Source: Lama guanicoe | Lineage: Eukaryota | Assembly: GCA_013239625.1 (NCBI GenBank) | Contig: MU053482.1 | Coordinates: 471,168 to 535,167 of the forward strand | Direction: 5' to 3' | DNA: 64,000 nucleotides | In this document: positions 53,001 through 64,000 of the stretch, one piece after another | How positions within the stretch are numbered: position 1 is the stretch's first letter | Layout: each line of letters starts with the position of its first letter | Notes under the pieces: model-generated | Databases searched by the model: none | What the model was told of the DNA's origin: nothing | Seen by the model: the letters and a program-made list of their open reading frames with translations, nothing else | Position numbers and translations under genes: made by a program

Positions 53001-56000
53001 AGGCAGGATTGCATTTAGGCAGGTGGGGAGGCAAGCCCTGGGAATGGGAGGATCCTCACCTGAGTGCTCATCCAAGGCAAAGAGTGGTGGGCTATTGCCA
53101 GCCAGGATGTGATAGGAGAGTCGCCCATGGGGCCCCTGGTCAGGGTCATGGGCACGCACCCTCAGCACAGCTGTGCCTGGAGTACTCTGGGCGCTCAGGC
53201 TGGCAGCATACTCCCGTGGATAAAAGTGGGGCGGGTTGTCATTCTCATCTGACACAAACACCTTCACATATACCATGGACTTGAGGCCTCCCTGGTGAGA
53301 CATGCAGCCATAAGTCAGGTGGGGCTTGGATGACCCTGGTGAATGCCCTAAGCCAACACCCCAACCTTCCACAGTCTGCCCACTCACCCCATCCACAGCT
53401 GTCACTGTGAAGTCAAAGCTTGAAGGCCCCTGATCGCGGTCCAGGGTCCGGGTTGTGCACACGTCGCCACTGTGGGCATCGATGCGGAATGGAGGAGGCC
53501 CTGAGGCCCCAAGTCCGGCACCCAAGGAATAGGAGAGGAGGCCAAATGGGCCACTGTCTGCATCTGTGGCTGTCACCTGAAGAGAGGCTGGTGTGAGTGA
53601 TGCCCCATCTTTCTGGCCAGAAAATCCAGAGCTAAGTGGCAACTAGAGTTGGTGCCTAGAGTCTCTGGACGGTAGATGCACAGAGGAGACTAGTAGGACC
53701 CGTGCCAAAATCCAACCCCAGCCCAGACCTCACCACCTGTGTTAAGCCCCTATGAGTCTTTGATCACAACATTTTTGTCAAGTGGTCAGTACATAACCTT
53801 GTTTTACATGAGGGTCTATTTAAAGACACCTTATTTCATATATATTGTTGGTTCATTAACATTGCACTCATGGCCAGTGGCATAATTCGTACCTAAATGA
53901 AGCTTATCTAACACATGTATTTTTCTCCATCAATACAGGAATACAGACAGCACTTTGACACTGCACTTGGGGACCATTTTAAACAAAAAAAATTACCAAA
54001 CAGAAAGCACAAAAATGTGAAAAACGTGGCACTAAATAGACCGCGAAAAGGACCTTTGTTTACATTATGAGAGTTGAAACATGAAGGCAGAGCGTTGCCT
54101 TGTTCGACCTCAGCTGGGAATGTGCACATCGAGAGACTTGAATTTTCCATCCTTCTGCGCATGTCCGGGAGTGACTGTGAAAGCTCCATGAGCACTGATT
54201 CAAGGGTTACAAATAAATTTTAGAGAGTTGGCAAATTCACAGATACAGAATCTGCAAATGATGAGGACCAACTGTACTTACAAAGAAGAGTGCTAAGGGC
54301 TTGTGACTGCAAATTCCAGGTGGGTCACAGGGAGTTAATAACCATCACCGAATCCCACACTCACTCCAAGCCGAGAACTGGCTGACCAAGGGAATTACTG
54401 AGACTGATGTCACAGGACTAGTCTTTATTGCATTTGGTCATAAAGTGGGATCTGACTGATACTCCGATCTGATCACTGGAGTGATCACGGTCTGCTCTAG
54501 GGATTTATGGATGTGGCTCATGCACCTTCAGCATCTGCTCATCTCTCAAGCCAACCTCACTGGAAATGAGAGAGGGAGAACTGCAGATCTATAGGACAAT
54601 CTCAAGGTCACTAAGTCCTGAGGGTCCTCAAAACTAAGAAACAGGGGAAGGCTTTCCTGGTGACTTCTCAGGCATCCCCCAGACTGGTTCAGAAAAAGCT
54701 GAATGAGTGGACACTAGTGTCAGGAGCCTCTGAACATTTCTGAGCCAGATCAGCAGGAGACCCCATTCTGAACGCTCCTGAGCCTAGGACAGGGCCAGGC
54801 ACACAGTAGGTACTCTGTGTATATTTGTTCACTAAGTAAACAGGCATTCGGATTGCTCTGCCTTACAACAAAAACTTCTTTCAAACCAAGTTTTATAAAT
54901 TGGGTGCACATTAAGCCCTCAGTAGTAGGTTAGCTGGTGCAGACTGCTGCAGCCTATGACAAAGTACTCTTTGTGGCTACAAGGGCCTCAGGGTCACGAT
55001 ATGCTGTAAAAGGAAACTGGAGAGTTCCCCTTTCTTAGCCAGAAAATGTGGCTCAGAGAGAAGCCTAGCCAAGGACTTCTGGTTGTTGCCCAGGCCCTTG
55101 ACAGAAGTGATTTGTGCCATTGTTTACCCTCCTGAGAGACACTAAGGCCCTGCCATGCTGAACCCTGAAACAGCCCCTGCTCCAACTCCTTTCTGTGGCC
55201 GTGGGCCCGGATATCCCAGGAGACAAACGTCCGCCTGCATCAATCTGCCGGCTACAGCACAGCTGCGGCACCATCTCCAGAAACTGTTAAAGACCTTTGC
55301 CCTTTGACTCGCTGTCAGAAGAAAGCAGTAAATAGTGGAAGAAAAAGGGAAGTTGTTCGGAAGTGACCCCAAAAGACGCAGGGACCGTTGACTGGAAATG
55401 ACCAAGGTAGAAGTGAATCTTAGCCAGAAAATGTGGCAGCCCGGGCACAGAGGTGCCACTGCCAGTGTGCAGCCTCCATTTCCAGCAGCCTCTCAGCCCT
55501 GCTTCACAGTCCAACCTTGGTCAGCTCCCTCTCCACCTCTGTCTGAAAGCTATAGCTAACCTCCTCTCTCCTCTTGTCCCCACCCCACCCCTCGCTCTCA
55601 TCAAACACACTACAGCAAGGAGAAAATAAAGGCCTTCATCTGTGAACTCTGTAAAATTCCTACCAGATCACAGACTCACTGCATCTTCCCCATCCTGACC
55701 TCCTTTCCAGGTGTCTCTCCTGCTTTGACTTTTTGACGCTATGCTCTCCTGCTTCTCCTCCCACTGCTTCCCAGCTCCCCAGCCTCCCTCCACCTCCCCT
55801 GACTCTGCCTGTTATACACTCTAGTTCCCTGGACTCTTTCCTTGGCCTCTCCTCACTCTGCACACTCTCTCAGGGCTTTCTCGACTGCTGTGGCTTTGAC
55901 CATTGTCTGTCCTTTGACCTGGAGCACCCCTCTGTGCTCCAAACTTGTACATCCAGATGCCTGCTCAGTATCTCCACTTGGATGTCTCACAGGCACCTTA

Positions 56001-59000
56001 AATCCAACCTGTCCAAAACTAAACTCCTCATTGTTCCAGCCCCTCTCTAATGACTCTTCCATCCACGAAGCTGCTCAAGCCAGAAATCTGTTCTTCCCTT
56101 TTCCTCTCTCTGTATATCAATCAACCAGGGACTAAGTAAAGCCTCATTATCCCTTCTATTTGTCTGTTCCTTTCTATCACCATTATCACTGTCCTGCCGG
56201 AGGCCTGAGTAGTCTCTCCCTGAACTCCTGTAATTCCTTCCTTACAGCTGTCTGACCTCCTCCCCCCACACCATCTGTCCTCCACCCCAGGATTTCTCAG
56301 CCTGGGCATGACTGACATTTTGGACCAGATAATTCTTTGCTGTGGCGCTGTCATGTGCATTACAGAATGTTTGGCAGCATCCTTGGCCTCTATTCACTAG
56401 GTACCAATAGATCCCACCAGTTGTGACAACCAAAAATATCTCTAAACATTGCCAAATGTCCCCTCCAGAAGGCAAAAGCATCAGCAGTTGTGAACCACTG
56501 CTCTACACTGACTATCAAAACCACCGTTTAAAAAAACAAGTATGATTATACTATTCTACTCAAAAATCGTCAATGTTCCCTAAAGAAAAGCTCTTTAGCT
56601 CGGCTTGACTCCTCACTGTCGGGCCTCCTGCGGTCTCATTGCCCACTCTTCCATCTCACACCTTAAACTCCAGACATACTGAGCCACCTGCAGGCCCTTG
56701 ACCAAGTCAGACCAATCAGGCTCTTCCACTTGTCTCGGCATGTCACCTCTGCCTGGGACCCTTCCCTTATCTAAGTCCCCTTGTAAGCTCCTGCTCATCC
56801 TTAAAGTCTCAGCTCAACAGTCCTTCCCTTTGGGAACATTCATACTGCTATCTGTACCTCATGTATATACCCATATGGAAGTTTTCTTATCGCAGTAAAA
56901 CTGTTCCTTTGCACATGAATCTGCCCTCTAGACTATAAATTCCATGTAGTAGGTGAGGGTTACTTATTCATTGTTGTATTCTGTGTCCCTAATGCAATGA
57001 GTGGCGCATGGTAGATACTTGATAAATGCATACTGAATGAATCAAATTTTATGACTTCTTATAAAAGCTGTGAACACCCAGTGGTCATTCTACCCCTCCT
57101 GCTCTATGGTTACTACTAGTACAAACTCCAGGAAACCACCTGGAGAGATGCCCTCTTGCTTCCGGCACTAGTGAGGAGGGAAGAAGTTTGGAAGCCACAG
57201 CCCATTGGTCCTGGGCCAAGAGGAGGAGTGAGCACATGGGAGAGTGGGTGGGAGCTGGACAGTAGTAGGCAGATGGATACCCAGAGTCTGGCCAGATGGG
57301 AGACAGCCAGACCCAGGTACTGGCCTGAAAGTCTAGGCCAACAGGCAGCTCCAAGAAGATTGGTAGAATTTTGAGACATAATGACTTCAAGCATGAATCT
57401 CCTAAGAGGCCTCCTTGCCTCCCACCTCCTCTCCTGCATCCATACTCCATGGTGCAGGCAAAGCACTCTTTCTAAAACACATATCAGATTTATCTAGAGC
57501 CCCTCATCAGCTCCCTGTAATGTTTATGATAAAGTTGAAGCTTGTAATCTGGTCGCTGTCTACTCTCTTGTCTCATCTCCTTGCAACTCTTTCTCATCAG
57601 CACAGTTGAGGCCAACCTGAGCAATGCAGTCCCATGAACGCATCATGGTGTCCTGCAGCTCCTTCTGCAGGCCTGGAGTCCTTGTCCACATGCTGCACAT
57701 CTTCCATTTGGAAAAGTCTCACTGATTCTGCAAAGGACCCCCCTCTGGGCTTCCATAGCACCTCATATGTCATCTGATGCATCACTGGTTACTGGTGTGT
57801 CTCCTTGCCTATACTGGGATCTGCCTAGGAAAAAGACTCTCCTTTCTTTGTTCCCTGGGCCCAGCACAGTGCCAGGCTTAGAGTGGGTAAGTTCATTCTT
57901 GAATATATCACTTACCCACTGATCTATCTTTCATCATCAAAGCAAGTTAGCTTCCTGAAAAACCAATCTGTAGCAGGGAGGGAAGGATGAATAGGTAGAG
58001 CACAGAGAATTTTTAGGAGAGTGAAACTGTTCCATCATTATGTATGTTTACTGTACATTTGTTTAAACCCATAGGATGTATAACACCGGAAGTGAACTCT
58101 GATGTCAACTATGGACTTTGGGTGATAATGATGTATCAATGTAGGTTCTTCAGTTGAAACAAATGTACCATTCTGGTGTGGGATGTTAATAATACAGGAG
58201 GCTATGCATGAGTTGGGTGGGGGTATATGTAAAATCTGTACCTTCCACTCGATGTTACTAGGAATCTAAAACTGCTCCAAAACTACTGTCTTTAAAAAAC
58301 CAAAACCAAAACAAAACAGTCTGGTCATGCCCTTTTCTGGCTCAAAGAGGTTCAGTGACTCCCCCTGCCTTCCCAGTAAAGTCCTAACTCCTCACATCTT
58401 GCTGTCCAAGGACTTCTGAAGTCTGGCCTTGGCCTGCCTTCCCAGCTTCATGCTCCCCCTCATCTCTTCCAGGCCTGACCTGCAGGCAGTCTGTGGCTCC
58501 CCCAGCCTGTCCAGGGCTCCTGCCTCTTCCTCTGAGAGGTCTCCCTGCTCTGAACATCGGGACCTCACATCTTGCTTTCTCTCATCCTCATGCCTGAACC
58601 CAAGTGTCCCATCAAGGCTCAGCTCCAAGGGCAGGGGTGTAGGTGTCTTCCAGCACAGCCCAGCACTCGACTAGGCTTGGAGGACTTTGTAAATCCTGGC
58701 ATCTCCCTTGGGGAACAGGAGCCACGTGGGTGTGCAGAATCTCCATCTCTGCCCTATAGAACAGCGTTAAGACTTTAAAGAGTCTCTCACTTCCTAACAC
58801 CACAATACACTTTTTTCCTAGATCCACTCTTAATCCCCTCAGCTGTCAAGATTATCTGGCCCATTCTTCATGCTTTGGAGACTTTGCACAGACTTTGGAG
58901 CTCACAGGATAGGACCAAACCCTCTGGCATAAGTCACCAAAAACCTTGTAAGGCTGGCTTCCTGCTTTGAGGTCCCCTGTGACCCTCTGATCCACCCCTG

Positions 59001-60832
59001 CCCACAGCATCATCCTGCTGTGTGCGGGGTTTACCTACCTGCAGAAAGCAGGTTCCGGGCTGGGTGCCCTCCGGCAGTGAGGCGTTGTAGAAAGTTCTCT
59101 GGAACTGTGGCTCATTATCATTCACGTCTTGCAAGGCCACACTCACTGTGGTGGAGGAAGAGAGAGGGGGCAGGCCCCCATCCGTGGCTACCACAATCAG
59201 CTGTGGCTGAGGTTCCAACTCATAGTCCAGCGAGGCAGCTGTGGTGATGATGCCTGAGGTGGGGTCGATGGAGAACCAGCGGGTATGGGCGCCTGGAGCC
59301 AGGCTATAGGTGACCTGACCGTTGGTGCCCTGGTCAGGATCCCGTGCCATCACCCGCACCACGAAGCTGCCAGGCAGTGCAACCTCAGGCAGGGGTTCTG
59401 GTCGGTAGAGCTGGCGGTCAAAGGCAGGCACGTTGTCGTTGACATCAGTGACGTGCAGCACGAAGGTGGCCTCGGCTCGCAGTGGGGGGGAGCCGGAGTC
59501 GGTGGCGGTAACTCGCAAGTTATAGGCATCCCGTTCCTCCCGATCCAGCTGCCGAGCCACACACACCAGGTAGATGACGCTGTCCTGGGTGCTGAGCGCA
59601 AAGTGGCCCTCTCCACCCTCCAGGGACACATTGACATGGGCAAAGTCACCATCATCTGGGTCTGACACAGAGATTCGAGCAACAAGCTGGCCAGGTGGGG
59701 CAGCTTCAGACACTCGGGGGGAGCCATCTGCACTCAGGAAGATGACAGTCATGGAGGGCTGATTGTCATTGGCATCTCGCACATGCACAGTCACAAAGGC
59801 TGAGCCCAGCTCAGGGTGAGCCCCTCCATCCCGCGCTTGCACCACCAGTTCATGGACCCGCCGTTGCTCAAAGTCCAGTGGCCGCTCCAGCCGCAGCAGC
59901 CCTGTGTGTGCATCAATGGAGAAGGGTCCATCACCCTCGCTCTGCCTCCGGTTGATTTCATAAGTTACAGCCCCGTTGGCACCAGCGTCAGCATCAGAGG
60001 CATACACTTGCAAGACAGGACTGCCGGGGGCCAGGCTCTCAGACACTACAGCGTGGTAGCGGCTCTGATTGAAAGCTGGAGCGTGGTCGTTGATGTCCAG
60101 CAGTGTCACGTCCAGCAGGGTCTGGGCCCTTCGAGGGGGTGAACCACCGTCGTAAGCCTCCAGTTGCAGCATGTAGTGTGAGCGGTTCTCTCGGTCCAGC
60201 TCCCCGGTAACTACCAGCTCAGGCACTGGGGCCCCATCCGGACCCGGGCGTGTCTCCAGCCGGAAGGTCTCTCCGGCCCCATCACCAGACAGTGCGTAGC
60301 CCTGGGTTCCAAGGCGGCCAGCGTCTGCATCACGAGCAGGATCCAGCGGGTAGCGGGTGCCAAGGGCTGTATGCTCAGGTATCTGCAGGACAGCCCGAGC
60401 CTGTGGGAAGGCTGGAGCGTGGTCATTGATGTCAGCCACTCGCACGGTAACTTCCACGGTGGCGCCATCAGGAGTGACCGCGGTGAAGCGGTAGCGATCC
60501 CGCCGCTCTCGGTCCAGGACTCGGGCTGTACGGACCACCCCACTGTGTTCGTCGATGGCCAGGTCTGTGCCTACGCCGCTGCCCTCCTGGGCGGAAATGA
60601 AGTACATGGGAGGTGCAGCCGTGCCTGCTGGAAGCCCTGCACTGATGTCCCCGATCAGTGTGCCCGCTGGCTGCTCCTCATCAATCTGCAGGTCCAAGCT
60701 CCCGGCCTGAGCCCAGGCTCCCGGCACCCCGGCCCCCAGTAGCAGCAGCAGCAGCAGCAACGACAGCAGGGGGAGAGGCCTGGGGCTCCGCAGGCCCAGG
60801 CAGGAAGGCGCAACGCCTTGCACCTTCTGCAT
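41035..60832 (-). CDS. DCHS1: Protocadherin-16 / Dachsous cadherin-related 1, 3297 aa. Coding exons: 59039-60832, 53388-53576, 53060-53291, 52695-52931, 51336-52361, 50917-51110, 50611-50707, 50352-50509, 49285-50149, 48954-49193, 48735-48860, 47939-48148, 46034-46912, 45800-45913, 45418-45629, 45170-45324, 44853-44983, 44454-44737, 43962-44100, 41035-43646
   Basis: Poly-Leu signal peptide, many cadherin repeats (LDRE/LDFE, DxNDN/DxNDH, AxDxD), transmembrane segment LLLVGAVAASLGVVVVLALAALVLGLV, cytoplasmic GSYNWDYLLSWCPQFQPLASVFTEIA, C-terminus DDTELHI*. 9894 nt in frame. First coding exon acceptor at 60953-60954. Confidence 0.98.
47065..47705. mobile_element. hAT-Charlie-like DNA transposon remnant in a DCHS1 intron
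   Basis: AT-rich island in a GC-rich gene with Charlie-like ends (tctcagagtgtggtctggggacccc... / ...aaagctttagaactactg). Confidence 0.6.
53765..54275. mobile_element. MER82-like Tigger DNA transposon fragment
   Basis: Terminal aaataaatttt...ggcaaattcacagatacagaatctgcaaatgatgaggaccaactg|ta; family assignment from memory. Confidence 0.7.
56288..56500. mobile_element. MER20-like hAT-Charlie element
   Basis: gacattttggaccagataattctttgctgtgg...ccagttgtgacaaccaaaaatatctctaaacattgccaaatgtcccct...gaaccactg. Confidence 0.85.
57970..58315 (+). mobile_element. LINE-1 (L1MC-like) 3' end in a DCHS1 intron
   Basis: aactatggactttgggtgataatgatgtatcaatgtaggttc...aacaaatgtaccattctggtg signature with A-rich tail. 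Confidence 0.8.
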
Positions 60833-61377
60833 GGCAGGGGCAGTCCAGCTGTGGCTTGGGCTCCAGCTCCAGGCCAGGTTCCAGGCCCAGCTTGATCTCA
60901 GGCTTTGGATCAGGTCCCACTTGGACCCTGGCTCCAGCTCAGGCTCCTTGACCTGGAATAAAAGCAGAAGGAGAAATGTCATGATGGAGGAGGAATCAAC
61001 GGTTCAAGGAGGCTGGGATGTAGGTCACACCAGGACTTAAGCACCCCCAGCAGGGCCCTTGTGCGGCCTCACATTGCATGGCGCCCAGGAAGCTCCTCAG
61101 GGCCCACTCCCGTCTCCCTGGCAGGTCCCATCCCACCCTGACACCTCCGAGCCCGCCCACAGATTGTTTTGTTTTTGTTGTTCAGGTCTGAATGCCCTCG
61201 GGCTCCCTTCCACCTCTAGACTTAAACATATGGCCAATCCTTTCTCATTTTTCTTCTCATCCAGGACCAATACATACCTCAATAACCCTGTGCTTGGCAA
61301 CCTCACCTGAAACTCAACCTTTTCCTCTGCTGGACCCTTCTTTCAACATTTAAATATGCTGAAGTAACTCTTATTTT

Positions 61378-61430
61378 ATATATATATATAGAGAGAGAGA
61401 GAGGGAGAGGGAGAAAGAGAGAGAGAGAGG
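61378..61430. repeat. Compound (TA)n(GA)n microsatellite
   Basis: atatatatatatagagagagagagagggagagggagaaagagagagagagagg. Confidence 0.85.
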
Positions 61431-64000
61431 GAACAATTCAAGAACTGGGCAAGCAATTGCCAGTGTGATAAGGGCTGTGAGGAGTGCAGAGTGCTATAAA
61501 AGGGGCTTGCTATGGTCAGGGAGCTTCTCTGAGGAAGTGACATTCAAGTCAGGATCCATCTAGGTGTTAGCTAGACAACAGTGGGCAGAGAAAGGGGTAC
61601 AGAAATGAAGAACACTCGAAAGAGGGAACAGAATGTGGGAAAGGCTTAGGGTCTGCAGTCCAGAAAGGGCTGAGGGTGTTTGGGGGTGGGTAGGGGACAA
61701 CGTATGTGAGGTGTAGAGTGCTGGGTGCAGAGGGTATGAAATGGGGCAGGGACTCATAGGCTATATCCATGATTTTGACTTTATGCTGAGGGCAAATGGA
61801 AGGCACGAAAGCATCTCAAGAGTGGGTGCCACGGTATGACTCACACCTTGTGACGACCACGATCGCGGCCCTTTGGTAAACGAGGATCATGCAGATGGGC
61901 CAGTTATCTTAGGACAGCCCTTACAACACACCTGGGGGAGTCCAGGCGATGGTGTGGCTTTGACGGTGACGTGGAGTGTTAGCAATGGAAACGGGGAGAA
62001 GTGGACAGTTCTGCGGGAGTTTCACAGGTAGAACAGGCAGGGCTTGATGGCAGCTTGAAGGCAGCAGATGAGGGAGTGGCAGGAGTCAAGGGTGATGGGC
62101 AAATTTCTGTCCTGAACCATCAGCTGGACAAAGGCATCCTTAACTGGCCAGAGAGAGGGAGAAAGAAATCCAGGGAAGGACAGTGCCTCTGAGGCTAAGG
62201 GGCTTCAAATGCTGCTGCAAGAAGGAAGAGGCATAAAGCCCCATGAAGGCCTTCAGTGACTGAGTGAGAGCAGAAACAGGTGAGACACTGCCTTCTCTGA
62301 AAGGCTGGTGCACTTCCCCCAATTTCTGGCTTCTCACACCCTCCTCCATCTACGTAGTGAAGCTTCCACTGCTCTCACTGACATTCCAATCATCGCTATA
62401 CTCCAAATCCAATAGACACTCTTCTATCTTCTCACTGGATCATTCTGGAACACTAAATCACTGATCACTGGCTTCTTGAAGCCCACCCCTCCTGGCTTCA
62501 CATGGTGACACTGCACCTCTTGCTTCCATTGTATTTCTCTGTCCACTCCTTGGTCTCCTGAGCAAGTTCTTCCTCTGCCCTTAAAAACTGGTGCTCTTCA
62601 GGACTCAGTCCTGGGCTGCATCGTTTCCCACTTTCCACACTGCTTGGTGATCTTATCCATCCCCATGCCTTCAATTCAAATGTGTTAATCATTTTATGTA
62701 CCGGCTATTTGCTAATGACTTTCCAATCTCCATCTCCAGCTTTGCAGAGCGCTGGAGACACATGTCCACCCATACACTGGACTTCCTAAAATGTAAACCC
62801 AACCTTCACCTCAAGCTGATCTTCTTCCTCCATTCCCTTTCCTGCGAACAGCACCACCACTCAGAAGCTCTCCTGACTTGTTTGCTTTTCTTCAGTCCTG
62901 ATTTCCAGTAAGTCTTCAAAACCTGACCATCTCAACAAGGCATGTCTCATGTCTGCCCTGTCTTCTGTTTTCCCACTGCTGCTGTCCCAGTCCAAGCACT
63001 GTCAGCTTTCCTTTCCATTCCTGCCACAGTCCTTTACTGGCTTCTGTGCCTCTTGGCTTGGACCCTCTGATTCACGTCCACCTGACCAGAGCTATCCTCA
63101 CAACTCTCACCAAACCGCTCCTGACGGAAGGCTTGCACCCGTTCACCATTACTGATGGTGGAAACTGCAGCCCACTATGGACAAAAATGCACAGATGTGC
63201 ATACACCCAAGCTGTGTCTGCAGGTTCAAGGGGTACGTGGACTCTAGGTGTAGAACTTCTGGCCACAAGACAAAGTCCAACCTCCTTAATAAATGTCTTC
63301 CTGACCCGAGCCCTGCTAACCTCTTCACTTCCCCCACCACACCCTGCATTCCAATTCTAAACCTGTTGCCTTGCTCCCTCCTGACTCCTTGCCTTGTATG
63401 CACTATTCTCTCATCCTGGCACATCCTCCACAAGTCTTGTCCAAGTGGCCATCTCCTACTCAAACTTCAAGATCCAGTTCAAATGTCCCATCTTCTGTGG
63501 AATCTTCTGTAACATCTCCCTCAACTCCCTGCAGAGCCTACTGTACCCTCTACTGGCCTCTCTGCTTTTAATGCACACTGATAACAAACTGCAAGGCAGC
63601 CGTGATCTGGTCACGTGTCTGCCCATCTCTCCCCTCCCTCCACCCTGAACTGGAGGCTCTTTGAGGACAGAAGTTTAGTTAGTCTGATTCTCCAGCATTT
63701 GGTAGAGGTATCACCTGTGCTGGCAATCATGCTGAATGAGTGGTCAGAGTCTCATGACTGTACACCACCCTACTCACATACTGACACAGGGAGAAACATC
63801 CCCAGACCCACCAACTCAGATGACATGCACAAACACATGTGAGCCCGTGCCCCTGCAGCACCACAGTCAGGAGTGTAGCTGTAGAAGTGGCTACAGAGGT
63901 GTGTCCTTGGGGCTTTCTAGATTTGCTCTGCTCCAGGACCTCCTGCCCTCCAAAGGGATGAGTTTCTGTCCCTCCATCTCTCCCATCTGTGCAAGGCAAT

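Noticed and set aside
41039..60951. Many 60-200 aa ORFs antisense to or frameshifted within DCHS1 exons
   Set aside because: Shadow ORFs expected from GC-rich coding sequence; no independent splice structure or recognisable domains.

Overview
Mammalian genomic DNA, most likely a camelid (inferred from Vic-1-like tRNA-derived SINEs), syntenic with human 11p15.4. Bases 1-19,000 are repeat-rich intergenic sequence (L1, L2, MIR, LTR, SINE). A compact cluster of five intact genes follows, each reconstructed exon by exon with GT-AG splice sites and consistent phases. These are RRP8 (-, 7 exons, 461 aa), head-to-head with ILK (+, 12 coding exons, 452 aa), tail-to-tail with TAF10 (-, 5 exons, 218 aa), then TPP1/CLN2 (-, 13 exons, 563 aa) and DCHS1 (-, 20 coding exons, 3297 aa; its non-coding first exon is not identifiable here). 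I found no convincing novel biological system. The best leads are a palindromic double poly(A) signal shared by ILK and TAF10, an overlapping NF-kB/CArG element in an ILK intron, an unexplained exact 20-bp direct repeat in a DCHS1 intron, three stop-free in-frame introns, and possible decayed coding remnants downstream of RRP8. Comparisons to human proteins and repeat families are from memory, not database searches.
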